DNA of 64,000 nucleotides from positions 32,001 to 96,000 of the IMG/VR virus record IMGVR_UViG_3300022751_000016, one strand, 5' to 3'. The position numbers were made by a program, and so were the translations under genes. The stretch is from a virus. The first letter of the stretch is position 1. Each line of letters opens with the position of its first letter. Shown piece after piece: positions 53,430 through 64,000 of this stretch. The notes under the pieces are model-generated. The model did no database searches, was not told the origin of the DNA, and saw nothing but the letters and a program-made list of their open reading frames with translations.

Positions 53430-53460
53430 TTTGTATAGTGGAAAATTAATGTTACATTTG
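53430..53460 (+). promoter_or_regulatory. Bacteroidota-type promoter
   Basis: TTTG-N19-TACATTTG. Confidence 0.7.
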
Positions 53461-53486
53461 CCTTATAAATAATTAAAACATAGTGC

Positions 53487-56400
53487 ATGAAAAATATACA
53501 TTTATTAAAAACTGATAAACCAAGTAGGTTATTTATAATAGATAAAAGTAAAATGTTTAAATCAGAAGCTCCTTATTTATCTTTTTCGACTGTAGGTGGT
53601 AGAGTACATAAGGTAGAAGGTTCAGAACTGTATCAACCTCAAAATATGTATATCACGTCTGATGAGGATATTAAAGAGCCTTGTTGGTGCGTAAATACAA
53701 TAAAAAATACATGGACTAAAGACATAATATACTATCAAGGAGCAATGCCAGCTTATCATTTTGTGGGATTTAAGAAGATAGTATTAACAACAGATGAAGA
53801 TTTAATTAAGGATGGAATTCAGAAAATTGAAGATGAATTTTTAGAATGGTTTGTTAAAAATAGCGATTGTGAATTTGTAGATGTTGAAAAAATGTTACAA
53901 ACTAGACATGGAATAGATTGGTATGATTTGCCAAATCAAAAAGAAGGTAGAGAAGTTGATGGTATTTACCGTATAACTTACAAATTAAATATTCCTAAGA
54001 AAGACGAATGGATATCACCTATGCAAAAGTTTAAAAAGAAAAACATCATAGATACTTGGCTTGAAAAGAACGGCAACCCAGAAATAGAGAAGCAAGTTGA
54101 ACTACAAGCAGCATCTCTTCTATTTACCAGATTACCAAAAGTATCCACTGTTCGTGACGGATTTGTTGAAGGAGCAACTTGGATGGCTGAGAGGACGTAT
54201 TCGGAAGAGGAAGTTGTTAATTTGTTAGTGAAATGTTCAGAATGGCAATTACCACAAGCAGAAGAAGATATAGTGAAAATTAAGGAGTGGTTTGAAAATA
54301 ATAAAAAGAATTAACTTATGAAATATTTTATAGGACTATATTTAGTAATATTAGGAATGCATGGAATGATTCTAGTTATGTTTACAATGGTACTTAATTT
54401 AAGCATAGAAGAATTTATATTAAACTTAAAAGTTTCTTTACTTACTAGTTTATTTTTAACAATTCTATTATTTTTTCCTAGAAGTAAAAATTAAAAATAT
54501 TATTATGTACAGAATGAAACACATACCAACAGGATTGTATTATCAACCTCACAAACACAGAGGAAGTCATTTATCTAAAACAGGAAAAGTTTATCAAAAT
54601 AATACGAATGGTATTGAGTCTGGAAATTACGGTTTAAAACACTTTTCTGTTTGGTGTGAAAAAGGTAGTAGAATACATAAACAAACTGAGTCTATTTTAG
54701 ATTGGCAAGAGGCTAGTTATCACAGAAATCAATTGAAAGCAGATACTAGATTTGAAGATTGGATAAGAGAAGAAATTTAAAAATAAAATATGAGAAATAT
54801 TAAAGAATTATTGCAAATAATGTTAGACAATCAACAACTATTTGATGATGGTTTGTGCTTGTGGACTAAAATGTTATTTTTGAAAAGTAAAATTACACTG
54901 GATGAACAGATATTACTAAGAAAGTACATAAATAAAAATTCACCAAGCCCATTTTCAAGCTTAGACGCTATGATACATGCACCCTTATCCGCCTACTATT
55001 GGAAGAGAGATAGTATAAAACCACGCATAAAATGGATTGAAAAACATATAAAATGTAATTCTTAATGATATGGACGATATACAAATAATTCGGCTAAAAA
55101 AGTACAGAACAAGAAAACTATTCTCTATACTAGGAATAACATGGAACGGATATGATTTCTATATTACAGGAAAGTTCTTAGGATATGTAACAGTGATTGA
55201 AGAAAAGTTTAAATCTAGAGCAACATACTTAAATGAATATGATTATAGAATGTATTGGAGTGATTTTAAATTTTATTGGAAAGTAATTGAAATTGAAGAA
55301 TAATATGTGGAAAGCAATAATAAATTACATAAATAGCAAGTCTTATAGATGTAAACATAATTGGGAATTAATAAATGAGGTACACGTATACGAATCTTCA
55401 GATAGTAAGTTTCCTCACACTACAAAGATGACTTACATGTGTTATAAATGTGGTAATCATAAAACTATAAAAATATAATGTACAAATATTTAGTAACAAC
55501 AGAATTATGCACTCCTTGGTGGCTTAAACTTCTTAGATTTTTCCGTATAAAAAGTAAAAGACAAGAGTTTGAATTAGTCTTTGAAATTCCTTGGTTTGAC
55601 GTAGGAACAATCTTATTAACAAGTAGTGGTAAAGTATTAGTAATAAAAGAAATATAATATGAAAGAATATAAATTAAAAACATGGTATCCATCTTTACCA
55701 ACAGAATGGATTTTTGATGATAAAAAATTTGAATTTCCAATAATTGTAGTGGAGAGAGAAAATGCAGAAAAGTTTATTAGAGATAATAAAAAGATGTACA
55801 CTTTGAAAGATATGGTTAGGATTGCGAATCATTGGGCTTATATTAAATCAGTTACTCCAGAAGTGGCGAAAAAAGTTATAGACAAATGGAAACAGTAAAA
55901 AAATTAAAGCGGAGCGCATGAAGTTAGTAATCAACCCAGCAGAATTCGAGCATTTAGAAAATAAGTCTCACCGTAATCACAATTATTACAAAGATAAAAA
56001 CGGCATAGAAATATTAGAAATCTGTCACGAAGAATGGCATTTTTATGAATATAGGTTAATAGAAGGAGACGCTTGGACTTTCTTAGGTTCATCAGTTTAT
56101 TCTATAAGCGCAAAAGATTATGAAGTAGAGATAGATTTTAAACAGTTTTATACTTAACACTATGATAAATACGGTAGATAAATACAAAGATAGTTTGTAC
56201 ATTAGGTTTAATGAAAGTGGCGATATTTACAAGGGAATAACCAAAGTACCACACTATAAAACTTGGATAAAGTTATTAAATCATCTTAAGAAAAGAGGGT
56301 TCGCTATAAAAACGGCAAACTATTTTATTAGGAAAAATTGGGGATTAACATACCATAAAATAGCTATAAAAAATAATGTTGCCATATATGTAGAGTGTAT

Positions 56401-59400
56401 GGAGTCTCAAATACAAATTAAATTTGGAGATGTGAAAAATCTTTGGGACGATGAGCATAATTTCTGGTCTCTAACAGATAGAAGAAGTGAGCAATTGATT
56501 TACTTAGAAGCTAAGAGGGTAGAATTAGAGGTGAGTAAGCTATTGTCTTTATTTCCGAAAGATAAAATTAAGATAGAATCTACAAAAGAATTATCATCAA
56601 CAGAAAAAATTCTCAAAGATAAAAAAGAAAGTAGCCATAACAGAGATAAATCTAAGTTAGATGAATTAGGTTTGGACGGAATAGTGTATCAAATGAGTGA
56701 GTACGACCTTAATCAAAACTCAAATGACAGAGATAAGAAAAGGATTAATTGCGGAGAACTAAAATATTTTTACGATTATGATAAAAGGCTCAAATGTGGA
56801 AGAGTTTATCATCAGTTGAATAATAGATGGTATGTTTTAGCAGGTGGAGAGGTAGATTATGTTTCATCTTTTGATTTGTTTGACTATAGTAGTGAACCGC
56901 GCCGAAAACAATTAAAAACAGAAGAAAAAATAAATCGCTTGGAATCAGAGTTAAGAAAATATGAATCTAAGAAAAATTATCTACGATGCATGTCTATAAA
57001 TAAGCAAATAGATAAATTAAAATCAAATGAAAAACTTTACTATGTTTGGAGCTTAAAATGGGGTAAATGGTGGGGAGCAAATAATTCAGGATATACTTCA
57101 GATAAAAGAATGGCAGGAGTATATTTAGAGAGTAATATTTTAAGAAATCAGTCTTACTATAATGATGGAGTAAGTACAAAAGCAATTTTAGCATGACAAT
57201 AATTATTATTTACGCGATTATAGCATTAACTTGCATACTATATTTTAAGAAATATATTTTCACAGATAGTGGATTTTTCTTAAGTTTCATTACAGGACTT
57301 TTCTTCCCTGCGGCATTCTTTGTATCAATAGTTTTAATTTCAATTCATTTTTTAATAAGTTTAGTATATGAAAGATAGTAAATTAATATTTGACAAAAAA
57401 GGAGAATTTGCAATAAATTTTTCTTGGGAAAATGGTGATGATGCACATTGGATTGATTTTTCAGGTGTGGAGGTTTGTTCAGATTATATGGATGAGAATA
57501 ATCCTGAATTCATCACTTTTGATACAGGTTATGGTATATCAAGTGATTGTTTTGAATTTAAAGATGTGAAAGAAGAAGATTTATTTTTTACAGGTTTTAT
57601 AAAATGGGATGGTTGTATGGAAATACATGATTTAAACTACCATTTCTGTCATAACAATGATATTTTAAAAAGAGTTACTGATTTAATATATAAGTCGGGT
57701 AAAGAAATAATGATAAATAAAGCTGATTTTTATGAAAGATAATATTATTTTATGTTTGTGGATAGCTTATACTATCGGGTTTGGTTTATTTGGAGTGTAT
57801 ATTGACCAAAAGGCTGATGCTGTAGAAATGTTCGGTTTAAGCTGTCTTTTTGGTCAAATCTTATTGGGAATATATTTACTTTTAATTCTATTATTGAATA
57901 CAATGGTGGGTAAAATAAATTATAGATTTAAAATACCTCCACCTAAAAGGTTTAAAAACAAGGTAACACCTATTTACAAATTAAATGTTTATGAAGGAAC
58001 TAAAAACTGTTTCTCTATTAGTAAATATCAATTAGAGTGGGTAGATATCGACTTTTTAAATTATAGATTTTCATTAATTCCGTTTAGTGCTTTATTCCAG
58101 CGTTACAAATACGTTCCTGTAGACTTCTTCTATGAATTCGAAATGGATTTAGATGGTGTGACAGATATTGGTTTATTGTGGGAAAGTGAATACAGTAAAG
58201 AGTTGGAACTTAAATCGGCGGCACAAAAAGAAAAAGACAGAGTAAATAAACTTAATAAAGTGTTTTTAGAGAATTATGAACAATAACAACTTAGAGGTTT
58301 TTATAAAAGAATGGTTTCCTAAAACAGAAGAATGGAATAATATATCCAAGTTCATTTTAGAATCAGGGATACAAATAACAGATGATGTGAATCCTAAATG
58401 GTTAACAGGGTATACTAATATTGGTAAAAGTAGTAAGCCACATCATAAAGATGAATATACACGCTACATGGAAGAAGGCATGTTTATGCTTCACGATGTA
58501 GTTCATCAAATATTTACTTTAGATACCGAATGTTCAGAAGAGCAGTACGTTAAAAGACAAATTTATGGAGAATTATTCACTTTTTATTTAACAGAGTACG
58601 TTATTCCTAGCAGTTATGGTTTAGGAGATAAAAGAAAAGAATATATTGTTTATAATAGAGACTGTTATAATTTATTGGATTGGGTAGTATCAGAAAAACC
58701 TCGTGTTAAATACAATATTATAGATTGGATGTGGGAAGTTTTTATAGAAGATACAGATTTAAAATATATTAATAGGTTAGAAGAAGTTTATCTAGATAAA
58801 TATCGAAAAATGTTTAAAGAAGACTTGGAGAACTCAAGAAAAAATTATAAATTTGTACCTAATGGAATAAAGAATTATTGTATGGTTGGAGAGTCAAGTC
58901 AAAATCATATAGATTTCTTCTCTGCTGTTAAAAATGGCGCGATAAAAAATATAAAAAGAGATTTTAATTTAGAACTTCCTAATGAGTGGATTTAAATTAA
59001 AGATAAAAATAAAACAGAATGGAAATAACAGAGCAATATTCATTTAATGAAGGAGAATACACAGATTACTCTCCTTACGAATGTGTCCAGTATATGATTG
59101 AACAAGATATGCCTAAAGAACATATTGTAGGGTGTAAACTAGAAATTTTAAAACTGGAACAATGTATACCATTAGGTAAAATTAAAGAAATTGTCTATGA
59201 TAATTATGATGACCGTTTTGATGAGCAAGACTATCTGAGTGATAAACTAGAAAACATCTGGAAACAGTTTGAAGAGATAAAAATGTTCTATGCCTCAGAT
59301 GAATATTACACAGTTACTGAGGAAGATTATAATGAAGTGATTAAAGATTTGTAGGTTATGGGATTTAACAATGATAAAGCATGTCAACAAATATCTGACC

Positions 59401-60642
59401 ACATAATATCAAAATATAATAAAATTGAAGTAAAAGCAGGAAAGTGTAAATGGAATTTCAGATGCTCATTTAACAGTGTTCACTACGCCAAGAAAAATAA
59501 ACATAAGAAAATAGCTATGTGTGTTTACATGGACGCAGATTATCCTATCATACACTTTGTAAATTACAAGAATAAAAAGTTTGTAGATAATACTTTAGGA
59601 GAATGGTCTAGCAGATATGATTACTATTTTATTCGATGGATAGAACAAGAAGACATGTGGGATGTAAATAACATTTTTCGGGCTTTTAGAAGAGAACTTA
59701 GAAATAATTTGAGTTGGTGGGTAAAATTAACGAGTGATTATGATGCGTAAAAAATGAGAATTCTAAAAATAACAACACTACCTCCAGCTAAAGAAGCATG
59801 GATAGATCGAGATATGATAATGCTACATGCCTGTTTTCAACTGTTAGCTGATTTTGTAGAGAAAGAAGATGGACTGAACCACTGTAATTATGAAGCTCAT
59901 AAAAAGGATATTGATGAATGTAAGGCTTTATATGATTGGTGGAAAAATGTTTATAGGATAGATATGGATTATACAATCCCTCAAGAGTATTTAGAGAGGC
60001 TGGTAAAAATCAGGTATTTTTTATGGACTTAATATTTTGGCGAAAAAATAAATAACAGAAGAATGAAATTAATAGGCTACATAGATTACAGAGAGATATT
60101 TGAAATAGTTAAGAAAAATCACCTCAAAGAGTACCCAACAGTAGAAGAGTATATTGAAAATATGGAGGGAGTGTACCACGTAGAGGATAAGAATGCTAGA
60201 GAGATGTATGAAGCTTTCAAAATTGATTTCTCAGAGTACGACACACCAAGTTCAACAGATGACTTTGATGATTCTGTTATATTAGACTATCTTAAAAAAG
60301 ACCGTTTATTTTTAGAGTTTTCTATTGGCGGAAATGACTCTAATGAAAGTGGAGATAATTATTGGGGGTATGGGCATCAATTCACTATTAGTTTAGATGA
60401 TGAGTTATTTATTGACTATAATTTTGAGAATTATTCATAAAATCGCGCGAAAAAAGATGAAAAAACAGAAATATATTCATTACAATAACAAAAAATCCTA
60501 CCTAGTCACAGATAAGTGTTTGATACAAGTGGACGATGAATGGAAGGAAGCTGTTTTATATAAGGAGGAGTTTGGCAGTCAATTATTTTGCCGAGAAGAA
60601 AAGGAGTTTTTAGAAAAATTTAAATTGGCTGAACATGAATAA
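53487..60642 (+). other. Array of about 20 hypothetical CDSs; the last (60457-60642) is DUF1653-like
   Basis: Coupled + strand ORFs. 60457 ORF has Y.HY....Y.V....W..AVLY......FCRE..EF..KF. Confidence 0.7.
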
Positions 60643-60731
60643 AGAAGAACTAGAAAGTCAAATTTCATGGATGGAGGAAGACTTAGAAAATTTAAAAGAA
60701 CAATTGAGGAAATTATTAGAGGAGTAGAGAT

Positions 60732-62756
60732 ATGGATTTAGATAATATTTACTGTGGTGATTTGGAATCTGATAATTTAGCAGAGGATGTTACTAAAATA
60801 CACGTACTAAGTATTGCTTGGAAAAGTGATGGAGTGTGGAAAATAAAATCTACACCTAACTATGATGATATGCGAAAATTATTATCTGACCCTACAAAAG
60901 TTATTGCAATACATAATGGAATTAGATTCGATGGTAGAGTTTTAGAGCAGATACTTGGTATAGAGATAAAAGCAACTATTATTGATACACTAGCTTTAGC
61001 TTGGTACATAGATTGTGCTAGAGGTAAGGAAGGTAAAAAGTATGGTTTAGCGTACTACGGGGAAGATACTTTTAATACTCCAAAGCCAAAGATTGATGAT
61101 TGGGAGAATCTAACCTATGAAGAGTATAAATTTCGTTGTGAGGAGGATACCAAAATAACCTATCAACTTTGGGAGTATCTACTCTTAAAATTAAGAGCTG
61201 TTTATGACAACGACGAAGATATTGTCAGAGTTATAAAATACCTTAATTTTATCATGCTTTGCGCCAGAAAACAAGAAGAACAAAAGATTCAAGTTGATTT
61301 AGAAAAATTAGAAAGTAATTTAAAATATTTTGAGGCATTAAAAGAAGAAAAAATTAAACAGCTTATTGAGGCAATGCCTAAAATTCCTAACAAAATAACA
61401 AAAAACAGACCTAGTACTTATCATAAAAAAGATGGTTCTCTTTCTAAAGCTGCCGAAGAGTGGGAAAATATGCTAACTTCTTGTAACTTACCAAAAGATT
61501 ATAGTGGAAGTATAGATGTCATAAAATCTTATGAATTAGGAAACCCAAACTCAGTGAAACAAAAAAAAGATTGGTTGTATAGCTTAGGTTGGATTCCTCA
61601 AACATTTGTGCACAATAGAGACAAGCAGACAGGAGATGTAAAGAAAGTGGAACAAATACTTACAGAAGAGAAAATGCTTTGCCCAAGCGTCTTAAAACTA
61701 GTTGAAAAAGAACCTGCAATTGAATTGCTAGATGGACTTTCAGTTCTTACCCATAGAATTGGAATATTTAAGGGATTGCAGAAAGCAGTTGATAAAAATG
61801 GATTTGTTATACAAGGTTTAATGCAGTTGGCGGTAAGTCTTCGCTGGCAACACGCCCTGATTGTAAACTATCCTCGCGTTACAGGTAAAGGAGACATCAG
61901 GGATGGTAAATGGATTAGGGAGTGTCTAATAGCTGGGAAAGGTTATAAATTTGTACAGAGTGACCTTAGTGGAATTGAATCAAGGACATCCGACCACTAC
62001 ACGTTCAATCTGAATAGAGAACTAATCGAAGAAACGCAGAGACCATTTTTTGACCCACACACAAAAATTTCTGTTGTTAGTAACTTAATGACGGAAGATG
62101 AAGAAATATGGTTTAAGTGGAAGAAGGAGAATAAAGAGAGGAAAGAAAAGGGGATAGAAGAGGACTTACCTCCTGAAGCTTTTGGGACACCCTCAGATAA
62201 TTTTTACATACTCCAAGATTTAGATAAGGATGAAAGTAAGAAGTTAATGAACAGATTAAAAGAGGCTAGGAGTAAAGGAAAGACTTGTAACTACGCATCA
62301 CTCTACTTAGTTGGCAGTCAGACACTTGCTAGAAATTTAAACATTTCTAAGAAAGAAGCACAAGGACTAATAGATGCATATTGGAAAATTCATTGGGCAG
62401 TAAAAAAAGCTACGGAAAGTTTTGACATAAAAAAAGTAGGGGATGAGCTCTGGATATTAAATCCTATATCGAGATTCAGACATAATTTGCGTTTTGAAAA
62501 GGACTCCTTCTCGGTTGTAAACCAGTCGAGTGCAGTTTATTGCTTTAACATGTGGCTATATAACATAACTAGACTTGGAGCTTTTCCCATATTGCAGACC
62601 CATGATGACGAATTACTAAGATGTAAGGAAGAAGAAGTTGATAAGTACGTAGCTATAACCAATAAGGCAATGGAAAACTTGAATAAGCAGTTAAAGTTAA
62701 ATGTAGAATTAGCTTGTGAGGTACAAGTTGGTGATAACTTTGCAGAGACACACTAA
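60732..62756 (+). CDS. polA: Family A DNA polymerase with 3'-5' exonuclease domain
   Basis: Exo motifs DLE, HNG..FD, DTL, RC.ED; polymerase motif A SDLSGIESR, motif B RSKGKTCNYASLY, motif C THDD. Confidence 0.95.
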   Translation: MDLDNIYCGDLESDNLAEDVTKIHVLSIAWKSDGVWKIKSTPNYDDMRKLLSDPTKVIAIHNGIRFDGRVLEQILGIEIKATIIDTLALAWYIDCARGKEGKKYGLAYYGEDTFNTPKPKIDDWENLTYEEYKFRCEEDTKITYQLWEYLLLKLRAVYDNDEDIVRVIKYLNFIMLCARKQEEQKIQVDLEKLESNLKYFEALKEEKIKQLIEAMPKIPNKITKNRPSTYHKKDGSLSKAAEEWENMLTSCNLPKDYSGSIDVIKSYELGNPNSVKQKKDWLYSLGWIPQTFVHNRDKQTGDVKKVEQILTEEKMLCPSVLKLVEKEPAIELLDGLSVLTHRIGIFKGLQKAVDKNGFVIQGLMQLAVSLRWQHALIVNYPRVTGKGDIRDGKWIRECLIAGKGYKFVQSDLSGIESRTSDHYTFNLNRELIEETQRPFFDPHTKISVVSNLMTEDEEIWFKWKKENKERKEKGIEEDLPPEAFGTPSDNFYILQDLDKDESKKLMNRLKEARSKGKTCNYASLYLVGSQTLARNLNISKKEAQGLIDAYWKIHWAVKKATESFDIKKVGDELWILNPISRFRHNLRFEKDSFSVVNQSSAVYCFNMWLYNITRLGAFPILQTHDDELLRCKEEEVDKYVAITNKAMENLNKQLKLNVELACEVQVGDNFAETH

Positions 62757-62780
62757 AAAGTTAAGAAAATCTTAAATGAT

Positions 62781-62925
62781 TAGGAAGTGTAAAAATAAAG
62801 TTGTATATTAGCGTTTTAAATTTCTTGGCGGAGATTTTAATAGCAAAATTTTAAAATAAAAAACATAAATAAGAGACACCTGTATGATGCTACCGCCATA
62901 GCTGATTATAGGTGTTCTCGTTTAT
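62781..62925 (+). promoter_or_regulatory. Promoter + kissing-hairpin leader (copy C)
   Basis: -7 variant TATATTAG (62804-62811). Loop TGGCGG (62826-62831) is complementary to loop CCGCCA (62893-62898) of the long hairpin GAGACACCTGTA/TATAGGTGTTCTC. ATG at 62935. Confidence 0.65.
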
Positions 62926-62934
62926 AAAAATAAA

Positions 62935-63978
62935 ATGGAAATAACAAACCAACAAAAACAAGTATTACTAAGCGGTCTTTTAGGAGATGGAAGTATTAAA
63001 AGGTCACATGTGTCTTACAACTGTATGTATGAAGAATATATGCAATTTAAAAGAAGTTTACTAGGAAATTTAGCCAAATCAGAGGTTATTGAATCGGATA
63101 ATTTAGGTTACAAAAAAGGTTCTAAAATTTACACTTTTTCTGGTAAATTTAATTCATATGCAGATTCTCTAGTTAATAAAGATTTATCTGAAATGATTCA
63201 AGACTTAGATGAATTGGGACTGGCTCTCTGGGTTATGGATGATGGCTCACTTCACAAGAAGAATTATTTCTACAATATCAACACACATTCGTTTCCAAAA
63301 GAAGTTCAGGAAAAAGTATTAATTCCCGCCTTAAATAAATTTGGAATATATCCTAAAACAATGGTTGAAAATAAACCTGATGGAAGACAGTTTCATTATT
63401 TGTATATTTCAAAATGGAATGGTGCAATGATTATTTCTCGAATACTTAGAAACTATGCTGTAAATTGTTATAAATACAAACTCATACCTAAAGAAATTGA
63501 AGACGCTTACTTTAAACTAGATTTAGAAGTTTTCAATGCACTACCAACAGAGTATGCAAAAACAAGTTATTTATTAAAACAGAACGGAGTTCGACAAATG
63601 AGTGATTTACTAATGAATAATACAAAAGGTAAAGAGTACACTTACGAAGAATTAGACGAGTTATGGAATAAAACTTTTCCAAAAACAGATTGTGTCTTTT
63701 CTATATATGATTTTAAGAAAACAAAAGAAGGTGAGGATGAAAATGTCTTAATACCACAAGTTAATTTTTTAGATGAAAATCCTATTGTTAAGGGGTCTTT
63801 TAAATTGTCTTTTAACACTTGGAAATATGGTGAAACTTTTTATTCTATCGAGGGAAGGTCACTTACTTGGAAAACGCTTCTAGATATTATAGATAAACAT
63901 GGAGATGGACATCACATATTTTTAGAATTAATTGAAATTAAGAATAACAACGAAGTGTTTGTATTTTTAGGCAGTTAG
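62935..63978 (+). CDS. Free-standing LAGLIDADG homing endonuclease with C-terminal extension
   Basis: VLLSGLLGDGSI and GLALWVMDDGS motifs, INTHSF, YKLIP. Confidence 0.88.
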   Translation: MEITNQQKQVLLSGLLGDGSIKRSHVSYNCMYEEYMQFKRSLLGNLAKSEVIESDNLGYKKGSKIYTFSGKFNSYADSLVNKDLSEMIQDLDELGLALWVMDDGSLHKKNYFYNINTHSFPKEVQEKVLIPALNKFGIYPKTMVENKPDGRQFHYLYISKWNGAMIISRILRNYAVNCYKYKLIPKEIEDAYFKLDLEVFNALPTEYAKTSYLLKQNGVRQMSDLLMNNTKGKEYTYEELDELWNKTFPKTDCVFSIYDFKKTKEGEDENVLIPQVNFLDENPIVKGSFKLSFNTWKYGETFYSIEGRSLTWKTLLDIIDKHGDGHHIFLELIEIKNNNEVFVFLGS

Positions 63979-64000
63979 TATAAAGAGTCCTCTTAACCGA

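Larger units (their letters stand above)
931..60456. repeat. Dispersed degenerate motif (A/T)TT-[CG-rich 4-7 nt]-AAAA(AG), in both orientations
   Basis: Examples: 5111 TTTTTCGCGCAAAAA, 12722 TTTCGCGCGAAAAAG, 22276 TTTCGCCGAAAAAAG, 24100 TTCGCGCAAAAAG, 25201 TCTTTTTCCCGCCGA, 40281 TTTCGCGGAAAAG, 60441 AATCGCGCGAAAAAAG; dozens more by eye. Confidence 0.7.

Noticed and set aside
399-59976. All minus-strand ORFs in the track (e.g. 4013-4240, 11159-11476, 42745-43122, 45482-45766)
   Set aside because: They are antisense shadows of well-formed + strand genes, with F/L/I/S-rich low-information translations and no motifs or promoters.
60732-63978. Group I intron or intein in the DNA polymerase carrying the LAGLIDADG ORF
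   Set aside because: PolA is complete through motif C and its C-terminus before the stop. The endonuclease has its own promoter and ATG, and no intein Cys/His-Asn termini.
1-64000. CRISPR array or mini-array
   Set aside because: No identical 25-45-nt repeats with regular unique spacers were seen; the dispersed motif is short, degenerate and often inside genes. The PD-(D/E)XK nuclease has no cas context.
1-64000. Stop-codon reassignment as in some crAss-like or Lak phages
   Set aside because: Conserved genes (polA, groEL, helicase, ligase) are full length in the standard code, and TAG and TGA both end genes.

Overview
A 64-kb segment of a large, very AT-rich tailed bacteriophage, most likely infecting Bacteroidota (Flavobacterium-like). 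The host call rests on many TTTG-N19-20-TAnnTTTG promoters and A-rich starts without Shine-Dalgarno sites. Essentially all real genes are on the + strand in the standard genetic code. Recombination and replication genes: RecA/UvsX-like recombinase, probable SSB, DnaB-like helicase, family A DNA polymerase, DEDDh and PD-(D/E)XK nucleases. Other genes: PhoH, a GroEL/GroES pair, nucleotide-pool enzymes, a four-gene RNA-repair cluster, a NADAR-like protein, a mini protein kinase, HNH/GIY-YIG/LAGLIDADG homing endonucleases and long arrays of small hypothetical genes. A probable genome end or early region begins near 18.9-19.6 kb. No virion structural genes, canonical tRNAs, rRNA or CRISPR were recognised. 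Most striking unexplained signals: (1) a recurring promoter + kissing-hairpin leader whose loop-loop pairing is kept with a different sequence in each copy, found before two homing endonucleases and a long non-coding region; (2) an attC-like cassette next to an integron-integrase-like recombinase; (3) a dispersed T-tract/CG-core/A-tract motif every few hundred bp, tied to local G+T to A+C skew flips; (4) structured non-coding RNA candidates at 4987-5340 and 42.9-43.7 kb. All calls were made by eye, with no database searches or folding software.
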